The notes beneath the pieces are model-generated. The model saw only the letters and a list, made by a program, of their open reading frames with translations, made no database searches and was not told the origin of the DNA. Below are positions 40,298 to 59,091 of a stretch of 64,000 nt of DNA, one piece after another; positions within the stretch are counted from its first letter, which is position 1; each line of letters starts with the position of its first letter. The stretch lies in assembly GCF_009914755.1 (NCBI RefSeq), contig NC_060936.1. One strand, 5' to 3'. The DNA is from the human T2T-CHM13v2.0 reference genome, Homo sapiens. The position numbers and the translations under genes were made by a program.

Positions 40298-41008
40298 ATG
40301 GGGCAGAAAGCATCGCAACAGTTGGCTCTGAAGGACAGCAAAGAGGTGCCCGTCGTCTGTGAGGTGGTCAGTGAAGCTATAGTCCATGCAGCTCAGAAAC
40401 TGAAGGAGTACCTTGGATTTGAATATCCTCCAAGTAAACTCTGCCCAGCTGCAAATACTCTGAATGAGATCTTCTTAATCCATTTCATCACTTTCTGCCA
40501 AGAAAAGGGAGTTGATGAGTGGCTGACCACCACCAAGATGACCAAGCACCAAGCCTTCCTGTTTGGTGCAGACTGGATTTGGACCTTTTGGGGATCCGAC
40601 AAGCAAATAAAGCTTCAGCTCGCAGTACAGACTCTGCAGATGTCTTCACCTCCTCCTGTGGAATCTAAGCCTTGTGACCTTTCCAATCCAGAATCAAGGG
40701 TAGAGGAGTCTTCCTGGAAGAAAAGTAGATTTGATAAGCTGGAAGAATTCTGTAACTTAATAGGAGAGGATTGCCTGGGTCTGTTTATCATCTTTGGTAT
40801 GCCAGGAAAGCCTAAAGACATCAGGGGAGTTGTCCTGGACAGTGTCAAAAGTCAGATGGTGAGGAGCCATCTGCCAGGAGGGAAGGCTGTGGCTCAGTTT
40901 GTCCTGGAAACTGAAGATTGTGTGTTCATCAAAGAGCTGCTCAGAAATTGTCTGAGTAAGAAAGACGGGCTGAGAGAGGTGGGCAAGGTTTATATCAGCA
41001 TTCTCTGA
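40298..41008 (+). CDS. REP15: Rab15 effector protein, intronless, 236 aa; MGQKAS N-myristoylation consensus
   Basis: 711-nt ORF, Kozak AAAATGG; sequence recognised as REP15; lies between PPFIBP1 and MRPS35. Confidence 0.95.
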   Translation: MGQKASQQLALKDSKEVPVVCEVVSEAIVHAAQKLKEYLGFEYPPSKLCPAANTLNEIFLIHFITFCQEKGVDEWLTTTKMTKHQAFLFGADWIWTFWGSDKQIKLQLAVQTLQMSSPPPVESKPCDLSNPESRVEESSWKKSRFDKLEEFCNLIGEDCLGLFIIFGMPGKPKDIRGVVLDSVKSQMVRSHLPGGKAVAQFVLETEDCVFIKELLRNCLSKKDGLREVGKVYISIL

Positions 41009-41273
41009 CTTGGATATGTATTATGTGAGTGGCCTGTAAGAGGAAAAGAAAAAAAGATTCTAATAAGCAAGCTCACCTATTTGCATCATTCCAGCATGGG
41101 ATTTTTTTTCATTTGTTTTCCCATTGATTGAAAATGATTACTGGGATCAAAGTACATTCATGTCGCAATTACAGAGAGAGAGAGAAAAAAAGAAAACCCT
41201 GGCTCTGCCTATGATTTAAAAACAGTTCAGGAAAAGTTATAATTTAGTTTAATATTTCATTCACTTATTCAAT

Positions 41274-41299
41274 AATAAAAATGGAAGAGAGATAATAAA
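41274..41299 (+). terminator. Candidate REP15 poly(A) signals (AATAAA at 41274 and 41294)
   Basis: Two canonical hexamers ~270-290 nt after the stop. Confidence 0.55.
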
Positions 41300-43678
41300 G
41301 TCACATTTAAAGTTTGATTTGCAAAAAAAAAGTGTCTGTTTGAAATAATAAGTCTAGCACTCAAAAGTATAAAATGTGTTTTTGCATCTGTTGGTGGGAG
41401 ATGGGTAGGATAAAGTAGTGGGTAAGGCTACAGAGCAGGTTTAATTACATTTGTAATGCCAGTTTCAAGCCAGGCACAGTGGCTTATGCCTATGGTCTCA
41501 GCTACTCAGTAGGCTGAGGTGGGAGGATCGCTTGAGCCCAGGAGTTTAAGGCTACAGTGAGCTGTGATTGCACCACTGTGCTCTAGCCTGGGCAACAGAG
41601 TGAATCCTCATCTTTAAAAAAAAAAAAATAGTTTGGGTTCAGGACTCCTGCACAAAACTCACAGCGTTCTTTTCCTCTAACACTTACCTTATTCTGTCTT
41701 CTCCCTAGCTGCTGTCTCTGCACTGAGAGGACTTTGATGGGATTTACTTTGAGATTCACTTTAGTGTTAGCTCTGCCTATGATTTAAAAACAGTGACCTA
41801 TAAAACTATTCCTTTTAATAATACTTGTTTAGCCTTTGCAGTAAGGAAGGTGTATTCACATATAATAACCATTTTTACTTAAAAGCCAGTGTGGAATTAT
41901 AACAGTACAAAAAGGAATCACCATTATTTATTGCACTTGTAAGTCAAGTCAGATGCTTTACATATATTAGCGTGATTTGCATGTGTCTTCCATGACTCTA
42001 AGAGGTTTCTATTTGCCAAATCAAAGAGGCTAGATAACTCATAAATCTATTAAGTGGCTTGTAACAAAAAAGTAAAGTCTGCCCAGTTACAAAGCCCATA
42101 TTCTACAGTCGTGTAAAGAAAATTCCCTGTAAGCCTATAAATTAGGTTAAGTAAAAATCAATTAAAAAAAAAAGAAGAAGAAAAGAAAATTCTTTGGCCA
42201 GGAAGAGTAGCTGTGATCCCAACACTTTGGGAGTCTGAGGCAGGAGGATTGCTTGAGCCCAGGAATTCAAGACCAGCCTGGACAACATGGTGAAACCCCA
42301 TCTCTACAAAAAATACAAAAAGTCATGGTGATGTGTGCCTGTAGTCCCAGCTACTTGGGAGGCTGAGGTAGGGGGACTGCTTGGGTCCGGGAGGTCAAGG
42401 TTGCAGTGAGTCGTGATCGTGCCACTGCCCTCCAGCCTAGGCAACAGAGCAAGACCCCATCTCAATAAATACATAAAAAGAAAATTCTCTGATTTTAAAC
42501 TACTGGAATTGCTGAGACAACAAAGGTGTTCACCTGCAAAAATGCTAGCTGGTTACTGTTGCTCATTTTTCCTCCATTTCCTGGCCTTAATCTGTGGCTA
42601 CTTTTCCTGTTGTTGAACCACCTGTTCACTGATACGCAGCCATTAGAAACATGGGCTGAATCCTTTCAACTGCATCCAACCTCTTAAAATCGTTTCTGTT
42701 TCTGACAGTCTTCTTATGGCCTTGGCCTTTTCTGTATTTTGGAATTTAGGGCATGTTCCTGTGAGGCTGAATTAAGACATATGAGCGCAATGTGGCGTCA
42801 TGCAGGTATTCCATAGTAAGAAATACATTTGTTGCTGTGATCTGTATAACTGAAGCATGTTGCAGTGCACTCTGATAGTTTGTCCTACATCGGTTTGTAA
42901 AATGCTGACTGCAAGCCACCAAATTGATATCATGACCAGCAATAGGCCACAATGCAGAGTCGTAAAAACTTTGTCATGGTAGAAGGAGTGAGAGCTTTCG
43001 AGTTTAGTTGAGGACAAACCTGCTTAAAATCCCAGCTCTTTTATTTACACGTATCCAACCAAACCTCTGTGCTGGTTATTCTCATTTCAACCTCCACATC
43101 TACTCCCCACCTTGTCTGCCTTCTTCTGGGCTCTAACTGCATCACTCTGGCTTCCATCCAGTGGAGAGCACGAGATCAGAAAGGGGACAGGTCTGGAATG
43201 TATTAGCCCAACTTTCCCTGCCTCACTACGATGCTTGGTTCCAGACAGCTCCTGTCCAGCTGGCCCTTCTCTGAGACTCCAGCTCCCTCCCCTTCCCCTC
43301 TCAGGCCATTGTCCCTTCCGGGGTGCTTCATCATTCTTTGTTAGTTCCTTGCACCCTGCCCCCACCCTGTAGATGTACTTTTTCCTTAGGTAGACTTGAG
43401 GGTGCCATTTGATTTCTTCTGTAGCCCTAATGCCTCCTGATTTTCCTATCTAAAAACCGGAGATGACAATACCCACCTCGTAGAACTGCTATTCGTTATA
43501 GAATTAAGAATAGCCAAGCGCGGTGGCTCACACCTGTAATCCCGGCACTTTGGGAGGCTGAGGCAGGCAGATCACGAGGTCAGGAGTTCAAGACTAACCT
43601 GACCAACATGGTGAAACCCCATCTCTACTAAAAACACAAAAATTAGCCGTGGCACATGCCTGTAATCCCAGCTACTCA

Positions 43679-43816
<138 letters not shown>

Positions 43817-44597
43817 TCAAAAGTGCTTAGTACGATAATCCAGATCCACTCTTTGATTCTTTATCCAGCCCAGTAAACAGGATCCACAGTGAATCTAAAG
43901 GCGCGTCATTAACTTCAATCTAGATTTAGGCTTAAGTGCATGCCCTGTTTTCTTTCCATTGAGCCTGGTGTTCTTCAAATTAAAATACGCCTTGCAACAT
44001 TGGGGAACACCAACCCCCAAATCCCTTCTCTTCAACTTTATCTCCCAAAGAAGTCCTGGGGGAAAGCGAGGAAAGGAGCATTCATAATCCCCATGATGCC
44101 TGCAGCTTCAGGAAAGAAGAAAGGGATGTATATTCTCTTCAGCCTCAAGAAATGGCTTTGTTTTCCCTCCCGTCAATGTTTATTCACCCCCATAGCCCTC
44201 TCCTTGAGGAACCTGGAATAGGAAGAACATATCTGTGGCCTTGTAGTTGTCCTTCATTAGAAGCTGGCATGAAAGAGTGTTTAATAAAATGGAGTATTGA
44301 TATACACAATTACTTGTCAATTAAAAAGGACTTTTTTAAAAGAAGGTGAGTATTGGCAGAGACATCTGTTTCTTCTTTTTGGTAGTGAAGTCTCCAATAG
44401 CATAGAGTCAAGCTTAGCTTTTGCAATTTGGGTTAATATATTGCCAAAAAAAAAAAAAAGGCTTAAAAGTGTAAATGGAAGATAGATTCATTCAAACATA
44501 ATTGCTGAGTGCCTATTACATGTCGGGCTTGTTCTGTGCCCTGCCAATCTAGCAGTACAAAGAACAAAGTTCCTAGTCTCAGGGAGTTTATATCTTA

Positions 44598-44918
<321 letters not shown>

Positions 44919-45291
44919 TCAAACAATAATCAATTTTAAATTACATCATGAGTAATGTAAAGAAAAAGCATGATCAGGGAATAAAGAATGTTAGGAGGTG
45001 CTATTTTATATTGGGTGGTGAAGGAAGGCCTCAGCGAGGAGGGGGCAATTAGCTAGAAATCTGAAGGAAGACACTGAGCATCAGTGCAGACATTTGGGAA
45101 AGGGTGTTCTAGGCACAAAGAACTGCAAATGCAAAGGACCTGGAATGGGAGTAGATGTGAATGTGGATAGCAAAGGAGGCTGACGTGGACGGAGCAGAGT
45201 GAGCTGGAGGCGAGAGGTGGGAGATGAGTTTGCAGAAGTAGCCAGCAAACTCATCAAGCTGGTCAAACTTGTAAGCTGAAGTAAGGACTCA

Positions 45292-45528
<237 letters not shown>

Positions 45529-45994
45529 TCAGGAGACTGAGGCAGGAGAATCGCTTGAACCCAGGAGGCGGAGGTTGCAGTGAGCCGAGATCGTGCCTCT
45601 GCACTCCAGCCTGGGTGACAGAGCAAGACTCTGTCTCAAATAAACAAACAAACCCTCACTTGATTACTGGGGGGAGACTTGATGGTAGAAGAAAAAGAAG
45701 AGAAGCAGAACCCAGGTAAGCAGCTAGGAAGCTGTAGTCACCCAGATGAGAGAAAAAGGTGGCCTGGACCACACTCGTACAAGAGGAGGTATGAAGAGGT
45801 CAGATTTAGAATGTAGTTGAAAGTAAAGTGTACAGCATTTGCTGATGATTGGATGTGGGGTTTGAAACATGTAACAATTAGATGCTGTATTTCCAAATGT
45901 CTTGAATAATAAGAATATATGCAAGGACAGAAATAAATTTGTCTTTGACTTTCCTTTATCCAAAGAAATCAGAAGATGGAGAAAAGCATTTTAG

Positions 45995-47440
<1,446 letters not shown>

Positions 47441-47755
47441 GCATTTTAGCCCTTTGCCTTCAGTAAACTGGGCATGAATAAGCCCAGGTGGCATCTTTTA
47501 AAGTGTTAAGTAATAACGGTTCCCATGTTCAATGCTTCTGGGAGGTTATAGTCCTCAGTCAATTAATGTTTCCTCGGTGTATAGCGACCCCTGTCTGCAG
47601 GAATGCTGTGTGGAGTACACTCTCAAGAAGGAGGTGATGTAAAGAACATGCAACTTGGAATCAGATGCGGATTTGAGTTTCAATGCTCATAAGAGCAGAG
47701 TCAAGTGGCTTAACTTTTTGCTTCCTTATTTGTAAAATGGGAATGACTTCAACTA

Positions 47756-48341
47756 CAATCATGCATTGCTTAATGGGGATATGTTCTGAGAAATGCATTG
47801 TTAGGCAATTTCATTGTTTTGTGAACATAAGAAAGTGTACTTACACAGACCTAGACAGTACAGCCAACTACACACCTAGGCTATGTGGCATAGCTCCTAG
47901 GCTACAAGCCTGTACAGCATGTTACTTTACCAATACTGTAGGCAACTGGAACACAATGGTAAATATTTGTGTATTTAAACATATCTAAACACAAAAAAAG
48001 GTACAGTAAAAATAAGGTATAAAAGGTAAAACATAGTACACTTATATGGGGCACTTACAACAAATGGGGCTTGCAGGACTGGAAGTTGCTCTGGGTGAAT
48101 CAGTGAGTGGTGAGTGAATGTGAAGGCCTAGGACATTACTGTATGCTACTGTAGACTTCACAAACACTGTTCACTTAGGCTGTGATACATTTATAAAACA
48201 ATAAAGTAATTGTGCTATGATGTCACAATAGCCACAATGTCACTAGGGAATAGGAGTGTTTCAGCTCCATTATAGTCTTATGGGACCACCATCATATATG
48301 CACAGTGGTTGACTGAAACGTCTTTATGTGGCACATGACCG
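47756..48341 (+). mobile_element. Tigger3/Golem-type DNA transposon deletion derivative
   Basis: TA-flanked; termini caatcatgcattgcttaa ... ggcacatgaccg; internal match to recalled Tigger3 consensus. Confidence 0.8.
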
Positions 48342-49028
48342 TAACTCAAAGAAGACAAAGCTTGTGAAAATATTTTATATACTGAAGTGTAAGCTTACGA
48401 AAATTTCAGAGAACCTAGTATAAATTGTAAGTATTCATGTTATAAACAGCTGAAAGCCATAAATCAGACTCACCATGTTTTTTTTTCAAGTGAAAATTAA
48501 AATGTGAAGCTTTTGTTGATTTTTAAAATACTGCATACTCATTTAATTTTTTCAAGCTGTATGCTTGGTGTAAAAATTCAAGTACAGAAATGGAGAAAGT
48601 GAAGTCTTCAGGAGTGTCTCCTCTATCCTCATATCCACTGCCTCAAATTTGCTGTTGACCCTTCCAGAATTTGCATTGCAAAAAAATAAAAATAAAAATA
48701 TAATACACAAATGAGATTACATAATCCATAAATGCCTTATAACCTGCATTTTAAAAAAACTTAACAATATATTGTGGACAATTTTCTATGCTAATAGATT
48801 TATATCCACCTCATCCTTGTTAAGGCTGACACCAGTGGTTTTCCATCTTGCCTCAATATTAGATTCACTTGAAGAACTTAAACAAAAAACAAAACAAAAC
48901 CCTAGTGCTCCAAACACATCTAGACCAATTAATCAGCATCTCAGAGGGAGTCCAGATAATTTTTTTTTTAAATCTTCTGAGGTTATTCTAATGTTTAACC
49001 AGGATTGGGGCCCAGGTATCTTAAGTAG

Positions 49029-49888
49029 TGATGCAGGATTTTTCTCGGCTCCTTTGCTGGACTCCCAGCAGGGGCGCTCTGTCTACTAGGCCCACCACAC
49101 TCAGCCCCTTGTGGGAGGGAGCACATGAGTGAGTGAGTCCAGGGTCCAGCCTGCCACTTCGCCACCGCAGGAGAAAGCTTTGTGCAGAGCCCGCAGCCAG
49201 ACCAGTGGTGTCGCCTTGAGGGGAATGCAGTGGCACCCAGGCAAGGATGCCTGAGACCCCAAAGCCCCAGAGGGGGTGGTAGTGTGCTGATGAGCTTTTT
49301 TAGTTCTGCCATCCACAGCCCGATGGATGGCAGCATGTTAGCAGCCCGGTTGGCCCCTGGCCCCCTCACATGGGGTGGCTGTCCTCTGCTGACCAGGGCA
49401 AAGGGTCAGTGTGACAGCCTTTCTGGGTACCCACACTTGGATCTCAAGCTCTTGTCCAGCATCCAAGAAAAATTAGGTCACCCTTGATAATTGAACGATA
49501 GTGAGGGCAGAGAATTTTATTGAGCGATGAAAAAGCTCTCAGCCGAGAGGGGAGCTGGAGATGGGATGGGAAGGGCTGTTCATCTTCCCCTGAGGTCAGG
49601 AGGTCTCTTCCCTGAAGTCAGGCCATCTCCCACCTCTACCAACTGAGTCTGGGGTCTTTACAGGCACAGGATGGCGGTGGGGTGGACTGTAGGTAATACT
49701 GGAAAAGGCAACATTTGATTGGTTAAAATACATTATTCAGAAAGAACCAATAGGGAGAGAGTGGGCAAACAGGAATAGAAGTTCTCACTCTGGTCCATGG
49801 GCTTCACACTGTTTTTGGCTTGAAGGTCGGGTTTCACCGGAGACCCACCTCTGTCTGCCTAGGATTTCTCTGCCACCTGCCTCTATTA
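49029..49888 (-). mobile_element. ERV1 solo LTR (MER52-like), nested in an old L1
   Basis: Perfect 4-bp TSD GTAG (49025-49028 / 49889-49892); minus strand contains CCTAGGCAGACAG...GGTGAAACCCGACCTTCAAGCC. Confidence 0.8.
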
Positions 49889-49954
49889 GTAGTACTCTGC
49901 ATTATATGAATACACCATAATAGATTTAACCCATACTGTTTTGATGAACATTTA

Positions 49955-50365
<411 letters not shown>

Positions 50366-50392
50366 TTAGTTTTGATTAAAAGTAGCTTTTTA

Positions 50393-50535
50393 ATACAAAG
50401 GATAAACGCTTGAGGTGATGGATACCCCATTTACCCTGATGTGATTATGATACATTTTATGTCTGTATCAATATATATCATATACCCCATAAATATATAT
50501 ACTTCCTATGTATCCATAAAGATAAAAAATTAAAA
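50393..50535 (+). mobile_element. Short L1 (L1PB/MA-like) 3' end with TSD AAAAGTAGCTTTT
   Basis: gcttgaggtgatggataccccatttaccctgatgtgatt...; repeated flank on both sides. Confidence 0.75.
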
Positions 50536-50617
50536 AGTAGCTTTTATTGAATTAATTCAGGTTTAAATATAATAAAAACCAATTGTAAGACAGCTTAATA
50601 TTTAAAATTGTTCTACA

Positions 50618-50762
50618 CAGGACCAGCTACATAATTTGTAGGTTCCAGTGCAAACTGAAGATGCAGGACTCCTTGTTAAAAAAAGTATTAAGAATTTTAA
50701 GACAGCAACAGCAAAGCATTAGGCCAAGCGCAGGCACGTTGTATGTCTATGAAGCCAGCCTA
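50618..50762 (-). mobile_element. MER45A-like hAT MITE
   Basis: caggaccagctacataatttgta...atgaagccagcct matches recalled MER45A ends. Confidence 0.7.
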
Positions 50763-50802
50763 GCTTCTATGATGTGTTAGATTACATGGTCACAAAGTTT
50801 GA

Positions 50803-51129
<327 letters not shown>

Positions 51130-51473
51130 TGAATGATTGCACCTCTAAGATCGCTGCCAAGTGAAAAATTATGTAATCTTAGTAACCCCTATGTGCAAGA
51201 TAGTACATGCTTTACTCTTTACACTGCACAAGACAGATATTTTTGCTTGTTGATAGCATTAATAGCATTATGAATGAATTTTTAACTTTTACTATAGAAT
51301 GAAACTTACTGTACTTGATGCCACGGAAAACAATAAGTATTTTTCTGGCTCCTCTAGCTCTGGTCATCTATCCACTTTAGTCTTAGGGAGAGAGTACAAC
51401 AAAAGATAGAACGCATAGCAAGGTAGAATGGGGACCTATGTCTTTAATATCTTGCTCAGAAATTAAGAAATAT

Positions 51474-52209
51474 TGTTAGAGTAGGTAGCTAGTCATGAAT
51501 GAGCAGGGCAGGAGAGGGCTCCCCTTATACACACACCCCCCTCCACACACACACACGCACACCCCAGGAATTTCAGGCGACCATCAGGTGACGGTCAGGT
51601 GGTTATTAACTGTCTTTCTAAAACAATAATTGGTTGCAGCCAGCACCAGGGAATAGCATTCTCCCAATAGATACAAAAAACCTGAAACTAGTGATCAGCA
51701 ACTTTCCAGTAAGATCTCAGGAGCTGGGTGAGTGTGCGCAAGCGTGCACATTAAGAAGCAAAATGGCAGAATTTAACTGGTATTTGATCTTCTAGGGACG
51801 TGCAACTGCTAATGGAAGAATGCCTCAAGTAAGCATGTATACGACTCCAATAAACACACTATGCATGCTCCCCTCCCAAGTCCTGGCAAGCCACTGTGCA
51901 TGCAGACAGCCCACCCCAAGGGAAAAATCAGGGGAGAAGGGACATAGACCCCAGAAGTATGCCAACGTATAAAACCCTAAGTCAAAGGTCAAATGGGGTA
52001 CTTGACTTTCAAGTCGCCCACTTGGCCCTCTTCCCAGTGTATTTCCTTCCTTTTGTTCCTGCTGTGAAGCTTTTTAATAAACTTTCACTCCTGCTCTAAA
52101 AGTCGCTTCTGTCTCTCCTTCTGCCTTATGTTCCTCGATCAAATTCTTTCTTCTGAGGAGGCAAGAATTGAGGTTGCCGCAGACCTGTACAGATTTGCCG
52201 CTGGTAACA
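51474..52209 (+). mobile_element. ERV1 solo LTR (MER50-like), 736 bp
   Basis: TGTTAGAGTAGGTAG...GCTGGTAACA; TATAAAA at ~51968; AATAAA at 52076; near-TSD atat/gtat. Confidence 0.82.
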
Positions 52210-52569
52210 GTATGAATATGATCATACTCCTTTTGTCCCTAAATTTCTATGGTATAGGACTTGCACTTTACTAAAATATACAAACTTGCAAGAAAAGGAG
52301 GCTGTTGCATTGACCCTACACTTAATGCCAATGCCCACCGTTTATATTTATGCCTTTAATCACGACTGTCGTAAGAAAAATATTATTGCTGTCATTTTCC
52401 TTGAAACTGAAACTCAGAAAGATAAGGTAGATTTGCCCAAAATCATAAAGAACCAGAGCCTGGATTCAAACCTCACCTCCATCTGATTAAAAAGGCCATG
52501 ATTTTGATCTTAAAAATAGTCCGAGGAGAGGAGAGAACTCCATTGGAATATGGGGGCAGAAGGTGATGT

Positions 52570-52788
52570 GATGTGATGTGTCTACCAGCCAAGGAGTGCC
52601 AGCAACCATTAGAAGCTAGGAGGGAGGCATGGAACAGATTCTCCCTCAGAACCTCCAGAAGGAACCAACCCTGCCGACACCTGGATTTTGGACTTTCCAG
52701 ACTCCAGGATTGTGAGAGAGGAAATTTCTGTTGTTTTAAGTCACCCAGTTTACGGTACTTTGTTCCAATCCCCTAGGAAACTCATACA
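52570..52788 (+). mobile_element. MLT1B/C/D LTR 3' fragment
   Basis: gaggcatggaacagattctccctcagaacctccagaaggaaccaaccctgccgacacc. Confidence 0.75.
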
Positions 52789-53120
52789 TCATGCTTCTAT
52801 TTTGGAACAATAACAGGATGGTAAAAGTCCAGAAAAGATGAAGATGATGAATATTACAAATACTTGTCCATCTCATGCTATTTGTCCCCCTCCCATACCT
52901 TACTGATTGATGTCCATGGCGCACTGAATGTTCACAGCTAGAATATTCTTGGACACCTGCATACCTCTGCTCTACTGGTTGTATGCTTACCAAGAATCGG
53001 TTTTGTTTATTTTTAGTTGTTTTTACTGTTATAATTTTGTCACTTTGAGACAAAATAGGGAAATAGGCCAGACCCATGCCTGTAATCCCGACATTTTGGG
53101 AGGCCAAGGCAGGAGGATCA

Positions 53121-53510
<390 letters not shown>

Positions 53511-53580
53511 TTAATTAATTAAAATAATTTTTAAAATAAAGAGAAAATAGAGAATTTATTTTATTTTATTTTATTTTTGA

Positions 53581-53679
<99 letters not shown>

Positions 53680-54199
53680 TAGCTGGGATTACAGGCATGT
53701 GCCACCACACCCGGCTAATTTTGTATTTTTAGTAGAGACCAGGTTTCTCCATGTTGGTCAGGCTGGTCCCAAACTCCTGACCTCAGGTGATCCACCCGCC
53801 TCGGGATCCCAAAGTGCTGGGATTACAGGCGCGAGCCACCGCGTCCGGCCGAGAATTGTTTTATTAAGGCTTGTATGTTAATTCATCCTACCGTAGAAAA
53901 TTTAAGAGTGTTCATTAAAAGTTTATTTTCTAGGTCCTGATGAGTTCTGACTTTCTGTAATTCTAAGCTGATCTAACAACAAGCTAACCATATATAGCTA
54001 AAAGTTATAGGCTACGTACACGCGGTGTTCACTGTATGCCAACGCTGTACACAAATATTTGTCTATGCTAACTTGTCTGAGATCATACATCCCAGAAGTG
54101 GTGAAGTCAAGTTTGAAACCCAAGCACTCTGGCTCGGGATACTGCTTCTCTCCCCTTAGCGCATATTACTGGCATTAGTTGAAGACTTCTTTAATCCAA

Positions 54200-55330
<1,131 letters not shown>

Positions 55331-56367
55331 GTGCTACTTCCTGTTATATCTCTAATTTACTCTCCTCATACTACCAACTATCTAGTTCAGGTGACCATCT
55401 CATTTCTACAAGTTTTTTTTCCGTTTCCTGTTTCCCCTCTTGCTCTCCTACATTGAATTCTCAAAACAGCCAAATGAGGTTTTCAAAATTTAGATCTTGT
55501 CTTGCTGCTCTCATGTTCAAGATCTACAAATGGTTTCCCATTGTTTTCAGATAAACTATAAATACATTAATCCTTCATACTGGCTCTTCATAGGTCTAAT
55601 AATTGTCTATTTTTAAATTTTCATTCTTAAATTCTTGGAATACTTAACTCCTATTGTATACCATGCAGTGTTCTAGACACTCACCGGAGATACGGCAAGG
55701 TGGGGAAGTCAATAGTATAAACAACCAAACAACTAAATAAGATGTCAGATAGGGTTTAATGCTTTGAAGAAAAATAAAGTAGAGTATTGAGAATGATGGA
55801 TTTGGGGGGAGTAGTGGCCACAGGATGGTCAGGAAAGATCTTTCTGAGGAAGTGACATTTGAACAGGGCCCCAAGCCATGCAGAGATATGGGGAAAGAGC
55901 CTTTGGGGTATGGGGAACTATAAGTGCAAAGGCCAAAAGTTGAGAACAATCTGAGGGGTGTGATCAAGGAACGGGAAGAAGGACAATGTGGCAGGAGCTA
56001 AGTGTGAGTAGAGGAGAGAGTGGTAGTATAAGACGTCAGAGAGTTAGTTAAGTAATAATCTGATCTCTCAAGAGTTTGTAGACATTTCATTTGGATTTTT
56101 GGCTTGGGTTTTATATTGAAAGGCTTGGAACAGGGAACTGATATAATGTGATTTACGTTTTTAAAAGATCACTGGCTGCTTTACTGGGGTAAGAGTGGAA
56201 GCCAAAGATCTGTTTGGAGGCTGTTGCAGTAATCCAAATGAGGTGATGGTGACTTGGATTAAAGTAATAGTGGAGAAGGAGGTGTGGTTGTATTTGCGAT
56301 ATATTTTGAAGGTAAAGTTCATAGGATTTACTGATGGATTTGATGTGGGGCTTGAGGACAAGTCTCA

Positions 56368-56604
<237 letters not shown>

Positions 56605-57002
56605 TTAGCCAGACGTGGTGGCCCATGCCTGTAGTTCCAGCTACTCCAGAGGCTGAAGTGGGAGAATCACCTGAGCCTGGGAAGTCGATTACAGTGAGCC
56701 GTAATCGCACCACTGCCCTCCGGCCTGGGTGACGGGAGTGAGACCCTATCTCAAAAGAAAAAAAGTTCTGCTAAGGATGCATTATAGTTAAGACGCCTGT
56801 TAAGTGCCTTCAGCCTCTTTTCTCTCTGTCTCTCTCTGTTCTGTTCTTAAATTTCAGCCATATTGAATTTGTTCACTTTGATTTTCCATGTGCTCTCACT
56901 CTGTCAAAACACTTTTTCTCACCTGCTTGTCTTCATGGCTACGTCCTGCTCATCTTTCAGGTTTTAGCTTAAAGTTCACTTTCTCAGGGAGATTTTCCCC
57001 AA

Positions 57003-57542
57003 CTGATTAGAGTTTTCCAGAGAGACAGAACGTAGATGTAGGATAGGATAGATGTAGATGTAGATATATAGACATATGATGGGATTTTTTAGGGGAATTG
57101 ACTCACCCCACAATAGGCTGTCTGCAAGCTGGAAGCCCATGTCAGTCCAAGTTCAGAAACCTCAGAACCACAGAAGCCATGTAATTTTCAGGCCAAGGCT
57201 GAAGGCCTAAGAACTCAGGGGGCTGCGTGTACAAGTTCCTGGAGTCCAAAGGCTGGAGCACCTGGAGTTCTGATGTCCAAGGGCAGGGGAAGAGTGTCCC
57301 AGGTCCAGAAGAGAGAGAGAGAGAATATATTCTTCTTTCATCTGCCTTTTTGTTCTTTCTGTGCCCTCAGCTGATTGGATGATGCCCACCCACATTGAGA
57401 GCAGGTATTCCTCACTCAGTCCACTGACTCAAATGCCTGTCTCTCCTGGAAACATCCCCACAGACATGCCCAGAAATAATGCTTTACCACATGTCTATGT
57501 ATTCCTCAATCCAGTCAAATTGACACAAAGTTAACTATCATG
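57003..57542 (-). mobile_element. MLT2 (ERVL) LTR in MRPS35 intron 1
   Basis: agggttctccagagagacagaac-like start and caatccagtcaaattgacac...aactatca end. Confidence 0.75.
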
Positions 57543-58107
57543 GCTGGGCACAGTGACTCACCCCTGTAATCCCAGCACTTTGGGAGGCTGAGGTGGGTGG
57601 ATCGCTGGAGCTCAAGAGCTTGAGACCAGCCTGGCAACATGGCGAAACACCGTCTCTACAAGAATTAGCCGGGTGTGCTCATGTCTTTAGTCCTAGCTAC
57701 TTGGGGTGCTGAGGTAGAAGGATTGGCTTGAACCTGGTAGTTCGAGGCTGCAGTAAGCCGAGATTGCACCACTGCAATCCAGCCTGGGCGAGAGTGAGAT
57801 GACCTTGTCTCAAAAAAAAAAAAAAAAAAAGAAAGAAAGAGAAAAAAGAAAAAATTCACCGTCATACAAACTAATTGACTAGGTTTCGTTCCCTGCTATA
57901 TGTGTTCATAATATTTATCACTGTTTATTGAAATTATTTGTTAAAAAGTTGTCTTACTTGACAGACTCTGTAAGAGTCATTTTTTAGATAATGAATTCAC
58001 TGTATCTGCAATTCAAATAACTGTAGAATTTTCCTTACTGGGGCTAGGCACAGTGGCTCACACCTGCCCACCGCACTTTGGGAGACTGAGGCAGGCGGAT
58101 CACTTCA

Positions 58108-58338
<231 letters not shown>

Positions 58339-58515
58339 TCATTAAGATGATTTTGGTCCCTGAGCTTACCAAAAAAAAAAAAAAAAAGATTGTTTCATTG
58401 TTATGTTACTAAATACCTTAAATTGTGTTAGAATAATGGGATCATGATTGATGTTGAACAACTAACTTGACATGATAAAATTCTCTTTAACTACTGTGTT
58501 ATCTTTTACGTACAG

Positions 58516-58556
58516 CGGAAAGAACACCCGGAAATGAAAGGCCACCAAGAAGAAAG
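58516..58556 (+). CDS. MRPS35: MRPS35 exon 2 (PERTPGNERPPRRK)
   Basis: tacag acceptor, AAG|gtaaaa donor; 41 nt, phase 1 to 0. Confidence 0.92.
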
Positions 58557-58856
58557 GTAAAAAGTTCGTATACTCTACTATCTTAATGGTTTCTGGAGTT
58601 CTAAAATGAGGCAGATATTCATTATAAGGCAGAAGGGTGTTACCAGAGAAGACTTCACAAGGTCATGTTTACTGGGTGATTGCCATAGCCCTGGCAGAGG
58701 TTAGTCTTTGTTTTTTGTCAGTACCCAGAGAATAGATGATCTTTGAGAGGTTGACTTACTGAGGAACTCCCAGGAAACAGGTGTATAAACCAGAATATGG
58801 AACAATTTCTAATGCTATCTTAAGTCCTGCAGCCTGGGACTTATGCATTAATATAA

Positions 58857-59091
<235 letters not shown>

